Positions 40,601 through 52,600 of a stretch of DNA of 64,000 nucleotides are shown one piece after another. This DNA is from Antedon mediterranea (lineage: Eukaryota > Animalia > Echinodermata): the NCBI RefSeq assembly GCF_964355755.1, contig NC_092672.1, forward strand, positions 12,152,001 to 12,216,000, read 5' to 3'. The notes below the pieces were generated by a model. The model saw only the letters and a program-made list of their open reading frames with translations. It did no database searches and was not told the DNA's origin. A program made the translations under genes and the position numbers. Numbering within the stretch: the stretch's first letter is position 1; each line of letters starts with the position of its first letter.

Positions 40601-43600
40601 AATATAATCCAAGTGGTATGAATAAATTGTTCATCTGCTTGAAAAACTACAAGTCAGTCGATGCTACAAACCACAAGGAAATTCATTATATCTCAGATGC
40701 TAGTGAAGTAGTATCTACTATTAGCTAACCCCAAAGTTACCCCAGCTAAAAAAAACAAGGTATCAAGTGTATGTAGCTAACCGGGTACAACAAATCAACT
40801 ATGCAACTTCCATAGAAAACATCTTCTAATCCGAGTGATATAGTCAGTGGAGCCGTGCGTGCTAACATTAAGCAATTGAGTTCAGATACCGGATGGGTGA
40901 GTAGTTCTACACTTTTTCACCAGGTAGTTCTTAACAAACAAAGGCGGTTGGCCGAAACCGATGACGAATAGCGTATGGTTGTTGCTTCAGAACTAAAATA
41001 TATTCGCTCATTCCACACTAATGTTGACAAAGTTGCTTCAGAATGGTTTTATAACAGACAGATAAAATTAACTATAAATCACATTAAATGTATTGAATGT
41101 TCATTCCCCTTAAAGGAGCCAACACGTAGTAAGGCATATTTTTTAGATATGCCTATCAATTATAATACAGACGGGTTAGCAATGAACACATTTTAAGAAA
41201 ATAATACAACTTGCTGATTTTAATTATTATAATACAAACGGGTTAGCATTGAAAACATTTTAGAAGTATTGATTTAGCGTCTTGTTCAATCTAAAACGCT
41301 ACAGCTACACGATGTTTAATATATTTTAAATTGTATTTTTGCTTTGATAATAGGCATAACTATACATTTTTCCAATGAGATACACATTAAACGAATCTAG
41401 GGTTTGTTTATAACGGGAGATAATGTAAATTAACTTGTAGTGTTAACTAATACAAATAATTACATTAATCCTTTTTAATTCATTGTAAAAGAGTAATTTA
41501 CATTGTTTGTTGCTGTGATTGATGCTCCATGGGCTATGAGACTGTTCACTATCTCTATATTACCACGGCCAAAATGAACGTGTTCATGTAGCGGTGTGTT
41601 TCCATCCTGGAAAGAAGAAAGTTAGCATTATTATATTTCATATTTATCCTTTTCTACATTCATTTTTCATTAAGAGTGAATGTAAATTATATAGAAATAC
41701 CTGGTATTAAGAAAATAATGACTAACTGATTTCAATTAAGACATTCAGAGGATTTAGCAATGAACATCATTTTGAAAGTATTGATTTTAGCGTCTTGTAT
41801 AATCTAAAATTCGACAGCTGTACATGATTTTCAAATATCGTAAATTATATGGTGATGGTTAATAACTATAAATAATATAATTTATTAAATTAATAAACAT
41901 ATTCCTACGCCTAGACATTTCGTTTAGATTCAAGTAAACTTTCATGAATACTGAATTAGTAGATATGTATGTATTTACCAAACCGCCTTCAAAACATAAT
42001 TGCAAATTCCAACAATACACTCTACGGTGAATTCAATAAATATTTTGTTATATTAATAATCTATTATTCATCCCACCTTCATCCTACAATGAAACAAAAA
42101 TGTTACGTAATTCGTTTCTCCCATTTGCTATGAGGCTTTTGAATGCAAGCTATGTGTATGTATCGTGTTATATGACATTTGCCTTTTTGTTATATTTGAT
42201 GCATTTGTATTTTATCCTATAGGTGTCGTACTGTCTGTATTTTACCAATTTTGTTTTAACTAGTACGATTAATAACGTTAATGATTTTAAATAATAGTAA
42301 ATCTCTGTCAACGCTACCAAACTGTATCAATAAAGTGTCGTACTGTCTGTATTTTACCAATTTTATCATATCTTTACTGTATTTATTTATTATATATTTA
42401 TTATATATAATAAAGTTGTTTCAGAATGGTTTATAACTGACAGATACAATGAACTATAAATCGCATTAAACGTATTGAATGTTCATTCCCCCCTTTAAGG
42501 TAGCAACGCAAACAGATTGATCAATTAGAAGCAATACAAAAGAGGGTATAAATTATATAATATTATAAAATAAAAACTATATACAGTATATGAAAATGCT
42601 CTCAGTGTATGTAATTTAGAAACCCTCGCTACTAGAAGAAAACACCTATGTCTAAGGTTTGCTAGAGACCTCGAAAAGTCGGCATATTTTCAATAATGTG
42701 TGTTGCTCCTATTTTAGCTGCATCGTTCCTTTCCGAGAGAGGGCGTATGTAAATAGAATCCATGTTATAAGTTTCGCATTGACTACATGTGTTCTAGAGT
42801 TCGGCTTCTAAATGTCTTATTGTGCCGAGATAGTGTGTAATTTACTAAACTATTAGGCCGCACATTGCTTGTAAGTTGTTAGAGTATTATATTACAATAA
42901 TTATAATTACTAGATGGTACGCTCGCTTCGCTCGCGTACCATCTGGGTCTTGCCCACAGATGGTTCTCGAATACATAATAATTTCAGCGTTAAAAAACTG
43001 GCGATTTCAAATGTACGTACCGCAGGACAATAATACATGTCGTTTACGGGAACGAATAAATAGACACTGTGATTTATGTACTGAACTAAAATTAGCACCC
43101 TGGGAATTACTTCCGAAAGAGAAACTTGTCACAAAATGAGACCAATTGTTTAAGTCAAATTTAAACAAACTTAATTTGTGTTTTGTATGTAACATTAGGG
43201 TTGAGGGATGGGAAAGAGGATGGGTGCAAAGAGGAACAATTTTTAAATATATTCTTTATCCATGTAGTAACGAAATATTAATTGTTTTCATGTTTTACAA
43301 ATAATATACCACTAAACACAGTAAAACATTGCGATGTAATACTTTATTGAAACTATCACCGTCCTAGTCGATTGAAATAGTACAGTACATGTAACGATAC
43401 ATCACTACGACGTGTATAATATGTTTATATAATGTAAAACAATTTGTGAAAACCACCCCTGTTCGTGGCAAATCATAAATTCGATTTAATCGTCAATAAA
43501 TATTAAATTATCTAACTCAACTTAATTAGTAGGCCTAATGGTTTTCAATTGTTTCTTAGAGCCAATTCATACTTAAGTTGGTTCCTAACCCTACCCACCA

Positions 43601-46600
43601 AAGTTGTTCTGCGTTTAGGGCATGTGATGCACCGTAGGCCTATCCTCTACTGGCTTTACAACGCTACTCATGCCAGTGAGGGAAGGGTGATGATGTCACT
43701 CGTGGCTGGTTTAACTGCAATAATAAAGATTTGTACATAATATACGGCGACTGAAAACGCTAGTTCATTATCCGTTAAAAAAAATCTATATCCAACCTCT
43801 GCAGCACAGATTGAAAAAAAAATGGATCGAATTTCTGTTATGAGTATACAGTACTTGCCTTTACGACGCCTGAGGGAATAGACACTTGTGGAACAGAGAA
43901 TGTTCCATTCATTTCAAATCAATACATTTGCATAAACGTTTATTAAATCTATCAAAATAGTATTTTTTTAAGAAAATCGGCCTGTCTTCAACATTATGAT
44001 ACTGTACTCGAGCTGTTCAACCGGTTTTCAGCTATTAAAAACAATTATCGTAGGAGGAGATAGGAAAATGCGAAGCCTCCTCGCATTTTTGTGGTGGGTA
44101 TTTTTCAAGATGGACATCCATTAGACAGTGTATACCACGATCGGAAAACACCCCTATTTGGGGCAAATCGTTGAACCTAAATTCGTTTTAATCGTCAATA
44201 ACTAATTATCTAACTTAATTTAATTAGTAAACAGGGTTACATCAGGTGGTTAAAATCAGTACCGAAAGTACGAACCAACTTTATATATGGGTGAGTGGCC
44301 GAGCGGTTAAGACAGTGGAACCGTAATCACGTAGCCATAACATCGGCAGGGGTTCGAGGCTCACTCACTCCATGGTTCTGGTGGTAGAACGAGTCTTCTC
44401 GGATAAGGACTATAAAACGTAGGTCCAGTGTACACAACTTGCTCGTGTGCACTTTAAAGAACCTAGTACATCTTTCGAGACGAGTAGGGGGTTACCCCGG
44501 TGTATTAGTACATCACAGCCACTGATCACCAACTGGGCCCTCTGGGAGACCAGTCTTTGACTGAAGAGGTTACCCAGTATAAATATATATTTCAATTTCA
44601 ATTCCATACCATCGAGTAAAAATTGTAAAAGTAAGGCGCGATTTACCGAATTTTGCCCTTACGTAAATTTATATATAGATATGAACCACAGTAGTGGCCT
44701 AGATTATTAATGCTATACTACATTGTGGTCGTAGGCCTGTGTAGATTGAATCGTATACGATCCCTTGAACAGCATGGCGATAAACACGAGTCTCCGTGTA
44801 GAGGGCGGTGTTCTATTTTGTATGCCGTATCTATAGAAGTAGTACGTCCGTATGAGGGCGCTGTTGATTTTTTGATGACTTTGTTTAATATGTTCTTTAG
44901 GCATGTACACCTCCGTAAGAGGGCGCTACGTTTGATCTGTTTTGCAGATAGTTTTATATTTATGTTATGTATATTATTACTATTTGGAGCTGGATTTAAG
45001 TATGCTTAATTTCAGTTAGTTCACCCTGTTTATGGCTGAATTTGCTGTATTAAAGAGTCAGTCAACAAGTGATTGTGTTGCAGTATTTTTTGTCGTGGAT
45101 TGGGTTTACCTACTGAATAGCGAGTTTGACGGTTCAAGCTCGTGAGGTCAACACAGTGAAAAGCAATGTCGACTTCTAGTAGAAGACGTGATGGTGGGAG
45201 AGATGATGCAAGGTCAATAGGGTCAAGAAGCCATAGATCGAAGGCATCATCGCAGTCAGTGTCATCATTAGAAGTATCTGCTGCACAAGATCGTGCTGAT
45301 GCTGCTGTAGCGAATGCTCGTGTTACATTTGCGAAGAAGAAGTTAGAGGCGTTGAAGGCTGAAATGGAAGCAGCTAAAGCTATGTTAGACATAGTCGAAG
45401 TAGAGAAAGAAGAAGAAATGGCTGCATCACAGGCTAGAGCCAATGTCCTTCAAGCAGAATTGCAACATATGTCTTTTGAAGATATTGAGGAAGAACTTTC
45501 ACAGTTAGAAAGCAATAATCAGATGGAAGAGGTGCAAGGCGCACCCCAAGATGCAGTACCCAGTCAAAGAATGGCAGAGGTGCTTAACGAACTTCCAAAG
45601 ATGGAACCCAGTCAGCGGGTAGAAAATTATCTAAACAATGCTGTAGAGGTACCAACGTCTACTCTTAATCCTGGAGCTAGATCTTACGAACCAAATCATA
45701 TGCAGGAGTACATTCGAATACTGGCACGTCAGCGATTACCCTTGCAAGAACCGGATATTTATTCTTGAGATCCAATAATGTTTCTTCCGTGGAAAAGATC
45801 CTTTAAAGCTATGGTGAAAACAGCCTGTGTGGACACTGTTGAAAAGCTGTCATTCCTGTGTAAATATACTACTGGCGAAGCAAAAGTTTTTGTTGATCGA
45901 TTCAGACTAAGGCATGTTGAAGATGTTGACAAGGCCTATCATGAGGCCTGGACGCGATTTTTTTTTTCGTACATAAGTTGGGGACCCCTTCATGAAACGT
46001 CACAAAATAAACATGAATAATTCATCAGTTAAATTTGTTGTTCCGTGTGCACCCAAGCGTATAGCAACAAGAAGTGATTACACAACTGCGATACGATACT
46101 TTCTACAGTAGGCCTAGGATTATAAGTCAATTCACGTGATTGCCTTCGCGCACTCTTCTTCACACAAAATGTGTCGTCGAGTCGAGGCTAATCGACAGCT
46201 AGGCAAGTACGGCAAGACATTAAACTAAGTAGTAATTCATTGGACATAGCCCAAAGAAAGCTTAGACCCACAAGAATAAAGAATGTGTATAATTTGTGTA
46301 CTGTATTTTTTTAATTCTGCTATTTTATTATCAAACAATATGCATGTACTCAAAGGAACTTTAAAAATGCGCGTATATTAACACATGAAATGGGAAGATT
46401 TGACCCACGAGAATGAAAATGTATTTTTGTGTAATGTTTATTGTTTAATTTTGCTGACTTATTACTCGGATTGTGTCATACCAAAGATAGTGTAAATATC
46501 TTTGGTCATACCTAACACACACACACCCACACAGCTACTACAGTACTACTACTAGAATAGACATGGGTTTAGAGACTAATAATTAGGCCTAATAGTATTA

Positions 46601-49600
46601 ATAGAAACTATAGTTTTAACACGTAATTCTTTAGTAAAAAATTATATTAAAAACACCATAAACTAAAGGCTGATTATTTCGACAATCCACACAAAACGCC
46701 GCTATTTTTCTATGAAATCGCACGCCGCAACAACAGCGGAGATAGGCCTAGAATCGTACCGCACTTGTGTAATCACTTCTTGTTGCTATACGCTTGGGTG
46801 CACACGGAACAAGAAAATTTAACTGATGAATTATTCATGTTTATTTTGTGACGTTTCATGAGGGGGTCCCCAACTTATGTACGAAAAAAAAAATCGCGGC
46901 CTGAACTGAGCTAGAAGACAGGTTCGGGAACCAAACCTTAATATCAGCTGAAATCATCCTGAGACTTACCAAATACAGAAGATTCAAAGAAGGTGATTTG
47001 ACCGCACTCCAAGAACTGGCTGATTTGTGTGGAGACGCAGTTGCTCAAATGCAGGAGCTACCCCATCTGATTACGTTAAACACTCCTCATGGTATTAAAC
47101 CAATTGTAGAGAAGTTACCACACTTCATAATTAATAAATGGAGAGAAAAGGTCGCAAAACATAAAAGGAAAATAAAAACGTTCCCGAATTTCAGCATGTT
47201 CACAGAGTTTCTAAGTGAGATGGCTCACATCCAACGTGATCCTGATGTCCCAAGAGGAATTGTTGATGAGGTCAAAACTGATACACCGGGAAACTACCGT
47301 ACACAGACAGGTTACCGTCCTAAGACCACGCAACGTTCAACTGTAAATGTGAGAATAACTGAGGTGAATAAATCTGAAGAGATGTGTCCGCTACACAATG
47401 GTCAGCATCCGTTGGTAGACTGTAGAAACTTTCTGGCCAAGACTTATGCTGCCAAGAAGTCATTCCTTAAGGAAAACCAAGTATGTTTCCGATGTCTCTC
47501 ATCTACATCACACATGGCTAGGAATTGTGATATAAATGTCAGGTGTGGAGAATGCGGTAGTGATCGTCACCCGACTGCATTCCATGGTGACCGTCCGCAG
47601 AAGGCGAATGGCGGAGAACATGTAAAAGCGGAGCAAAAAGCAAATGGCGGAGAGCAAGTAAAAATGGATCAAAAAAGGAAAAAGGTGAGAAGGAAAATGG
47701 CGGGGAGCAGGGGACAGAGTCACAGAAGACGAAGGAAAGAGACAAAGTAGTAAGTACTACATGTACGGATGTCTACCGTGGAATTGGGCTGAGCCGATCG
47801 TGTGCTAAAATCTGTTTAGCAAAATATATTTAGAAGACCATCCTAACACTTTCATAAAAACCTACATTATACTAAACGACCAAAGCAATCGCTCGTTGGC
47901 CAAGAGTGAGGTATTCGACCTTTTTAACATCAATGCAAGACTTACGTCTTATACTTTGAAGACCTGTTCGGGAGCGGCTGAAGTTCAAGGCCGAAAACTG
48001 GAGAAGCTGATAATTGAGTCCATGGATGGTAAAACAAGAATAGCAGCCCCATCGCTACTTGAATGTAATGACATACATGGGAACAAGGCAAAAATTCCCA
48101 CTCCAGAGACAGCCAGCAATTTTCCTCACTTGAAGGATATTGCGGACAAGATACCACCCTTGGATGAGAATGCAAATATTACCATACTGCTCGGCCGAGA
48201 TGCTGCTCAAGCTCATAAAGTCCGAGAAGTACGCAATGGACCAAATCACTCTCCATGGGGCCAACGACTTGATCTAGGCTTGATGGTTATTGGCGACGTC
48301 TGCTTAGGGGGAGCCCACCAAAAGAATGTTGTCACCGCCAACAGAAACCATATAAAGGTTTTGAGAAATGGTAGGCCATCCGCCATGTTTACAACTTGTA
48401 AAAGAATGATCAGTGCGAAGGAAATAACCCTGCAACGCAGCTGTGACGTACTCGGTGGTAATGTATTCTAACAGAAAGAAGATGACGTGAAGTATGGAAT
48501 GTCCAGAGAAGATGTGGAGTTCGTGAAACTTATGGGAAAAGAGATGAATCGTATGCAGTCTCTTATTCGCACACTGGATAAGAAGCTAGAGATGAAAGTT
48601 CACTACTTAGCGTTCATGGAGAAAGTATTCTCAAAGCAACATGCTGAGCTCGTCGAAGATGACAATCATGATGAAGAGTGCTGGTATATACCACACTTTG
48701 GTGTGTACCATCCACAAAAGCCAGGGAAGATCCGGGTGGTTTTTGATTCCAGTGCGCAATTCCAAGATACATCACTTAACAACGTGTTAATGAGTGGACC
48801 AGATCTGGTAAATGGGTTGCTTGGTGTATTGATACGGTTCAGGCAGGATCCTGTGGCGTTTGTAGCAGACATTGAGCAAATGTTATACTCATTTCAAGTC
48901 GTGGAAGAACACAGAGATTATCTTCGGTTCCTGTGGTTCGAAGACAACGACCCAAGCAAAGTATTGAGAACGTATCGGATGAAAGTTCACATCTTCGGAA
49001 ACAAGCCTTCTCCAGCTGTTGCTACGCTAGGACTGAGAAAGACTGCACAAGAAGGAGAGAGCAAGTTTGGCGCAGATGCAAGAGAGTTCGTGGAGAAGAA
49101 TTGTTATGTCGATGATGGGCTGAAGTCTTTAGCTACTTCAGATGAGGCGATCGACCTGCTCAAGCGCACACAAGCCATGTTAGCCACAGCTAATTTACGA
49201 TTACACAAGATCGTCTCAAACGATGCAAAAGTGATAGCAGCTTTCTCACCTCAAGATGTAGCAAGTAACATGTGCAACCTCGATCTCGGATCTGACACCC
49301 CTCTTATGCAAAGGTCATTAGGGGTACTGTGGGATGTCAAGTCAGATGCTTTTACTTTCTCTATTACGGAGGTTAGCAGCAAGGCATTCACTAAGCGAGG
49401 AGTGCTGTCAGAAATCAACAGCATATATGACCCAATTGGCTTTGCGTCACCCGTCATTATAGAGGGAAGAAGGCTGTTAAGGGAAATGACAAGAGATCAA
49501 TGCATAGATTGGGATGAGCCATTACCGAAACAGCTATATGATTCATGGCAGAAGTGGCAAAGCTCCATAGTTCAACTTTCAGAGGTTCTGATCCCTCGTC

Positions 49601-52600
49601 CTTATACATCATTTCCATCAAACCAGTCCATCCAGAGAGAACTCCACACATTCTCTGATGCTTCTAACACAGCCATTGGCGCTGTGTCTTACCTCAGAAT
49701 TACTGATAAAGTGGGAGAAGTTCACCTGAGTTTTGTTGTTGGAAAGGCAAAGCTAGCACCTAAAGCTGCGACATCAATACCACGCTTAGAGTTGTGCGGA
49801 GCAGTACTTGCCGCAGAAGTCGCAAAATGTGTTAAAACTGAATTGGATTTTAACTTGGATGCCACACATTTTTACACCGATAGCAAGGTCGTTCTCGGTT
49901 ATATCAGAAATAAAACCCGTAGGTTCTACATGTACGTGGGGAACAGAGTGGATCAGATTCTTCAGTCGACCAAACCCCCAGAACAATGGAAATATGTTAA
50001 AACAGATATAAACCCAGCCGATCAAGCTACAAGATCCATCAAGGCTAAAGACTTACAGAACTCGGCATGGATTCAAGGACCAAGATTCCTACTTAATAAG
50101 AACTCGTGTGAGAGAAACACAACGGTCTGTGACATCAGTGAAATTGAAGAGGATCCCGAAGTAAGACCTGTCGTAGCTACCAGTGCTACAGAAGTTCAGT
50201 CAGCCAAATCACTGGGATCCGAGCGATTTAGCAGATTTTCGAATTGGGGAAATCTTGTGCGAGCAATTGGAAGTCTTGTGCATATTGCTTGTACGTTCAC
50301 AGAAACCAAGAAAAAAGACTGTAGTGGGTGGCATGTATGCATGATTCCACCACCTGTATTGATTAAGGCAAAACAGATTGTAGTGAAATGTGCTCAACTT
50401 GATGAATTCACAGCTGAAATCAATCACATGAAGAATGGAAAACATCTTCCCAAGACAAGTACGCTAGTAAAGCTTACACCTTATTTGGATAACAAGGGAG
50501 TCATGCGAGTTGGAGGACGTTTAGAAATGGGACTAGCCGAAGAAGGAGGGCATCCTATGATTCTTCCCAAACATCACCATGTTACAACATTAATCATCCG
50601 CCACTACCACCAACAAGTTCAACACCAAGGCAGACACCTAACACATGGAAGAATACGTAGTGAAGGCTTCTGGATAATAGGTGGCAAGAGGTCAATCTCA
50701 AAGGAGCTTGAAAAGTATGTAGTTTGCAAGAAGCAGAGAGGAAAGCAAGAGACACAGAAAATGGCTGATTTACCTAAGGAATGCTTAACATCAGCTCCCT
50801 CATTCACATATGTAGGGTTTGACGTATTCGGTCCTTGGATGGTACGAACACGGCGCACAAGAGGTGGACAAGCAAACGGAAAACGATGGGCCATTTGTTT
50901 ACTTGCATGTGTAGTCGGGCTGTCCATATAGAGGTGATAGAGGGTATGGATACCTCAAGCTGCTTGAACGCCCTTAGAAGATTCTTTGCGATAAGAGGTC
51001 CTGCGAAACAACTACGGTCAGATTGTGGGACGAATTTTGTTGGTGCGTGCAATATCTTGGGTGAAAGTATTCAGAAAGAAGGACAAGATAAAATTAAACG
51101 CTATCTATTGACCCGTGAATGTGAGTGGGTGTTCAACCCGCCTCATGCATCCCATATGGGAGGAAGTTGGGAACGTATGATTGGAGTAGCAAGGAAGATT
51201 ATAGATGGTATGTTTAGAGATCTTGGAGAAACCAAGTTAACCCACGAAGTCCTGGTAACACTAATGGCAGAAGTATCAGAAACTATTAATGCACGACCCT
51301 TAGTAGAAGTCTCTACTGATCCTGAATCACCACAAATAATATCACCAAACACTCTACTTACTCAAAAGTCTCAACCATTCGCAGCACTTCCTGGAGCGTT
51401 TTGTAATGCTGATTTGTATGGTAAGCGGTGGCGAACGGTACAGCACTTGGCTAAAAAATTTTGGTCAAAATGGAAAAGAGACTATATCCCTACACTTCAG
51501 AACAGAAGCAAGTGGCAACATGAAAAGAGGAATATAAAGGAAGGAGATATTGTTCTTCTAAAGGAGAAAGACACCGTCAGAAATGATTGGCCTTTGGGAC
51601 GAATCGTTAAAGCAATTGAAGGATCAGACGGACGAGTTAGGAGAGTGGAAGTGACTGTTTATAGAGGTGGAGAACTGAAAACCTTTGCAAGACCGATTAG
51701 TGAATTGGTACTGATAATGCCGACTCCTTAAGAGTTACATTGAACATTATTATAATGAATATTATGTCATATTATTTTGTATTGTTTATGTTTTAACTTT
51801 TTGATATGAATGGTATCCTTTAGATACCAGACGGGGAGTGTGTTGCTCCTATTTTAGCTGCATCGTTCCTTTCCGAGAGAGGGCGTATGTAAATAGGATC
51901 CATGTTATAAGTTTCGCATTGACTACATGTGTTCTAGAGTTCGGGTTCTAAATGTCTTATTGTGCCTAGTAGGCCGCACATTGCTTGTAAGTTGTTAGAG
52001 TATTATATTACAATAATTATAATCTATATATAAATTTACGTAAGGGCAAAATTCGGTAAATCGCCCCTTACTTCTAGAATTTTTACTCGATGGTATATAA
52101 AGTTGGTTCGTACTTTCGGTACTGATTTTAACCACCTGATGTAACCCTGTTTACTAATTAAATTAAGTTAGATAATTAGTTATTGACGATTAAAACGAAT
52201 TTAGGTTCAATCAACGATTTGCCCCAAATAGGGGTGTTTTCCGATCGTGGTATACACTGTCTAATGGATGTCCATCTTGAAAAATACCTGCCACAAAAAT
52301 GCGAGGAGGCTTTGCATTTTCCTATCTCCTCCTACGATAATTGTTTTTAATGGCTGAAAACCGGTTGAACAGCTCGAGTACAGCATCATAATGTTGAAGA
52401 CTGGCCGTGCTATTTTGTAAAATTTTACACATTTTAGCCTTTGGCTACAATATAAATGTCATTGTATTGAACAAAAATGAAAGCATTGTTAGATAGGTCT
52501 ATCAATGGAAACTTAACAGTGATATAATACAACAAAACAGATAAAATAATGTAATGATTGTTTCAACATTGCATGGAGCCATGTAACGGCAATATGTGTA

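Larger units (their letters stand above)
42701..52022 (+). mobile_element. BEL/Pao LTR retrotransposon, decayed, antisense within ROCO intron 2
   Basis: Matching LTR starts (tgttgctcct at 42701 and 51841), polypurine tract acggggag before the 3' LTR, gag-PR-RT-RH-IN order. Confidence 0.93.

Noticed and set aside
42876-43740. Short ORFs recurring at ~11.4-11.7 kb and ~42.9-43.7 kb
   Set aside because: Chance frames within non-autonomous Helitron copies, with no Rep/helicase motifs.
44289-44365. Functional tRNA gene
   Set aside because: A and B boxes are present, but it continues into a SINE body with a simple-repeat tail and is an insertion within a Helitron.
45166-51731. RT acting as a diversity-generating (DGR-like) enzyme for the ankyrin exons
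   Set aside because: It is an ordinary, disabled BEL/Pao pol. No template repeat or adenine-specific mutation pattern is seen, and the ankyrin variants involve all four bases.
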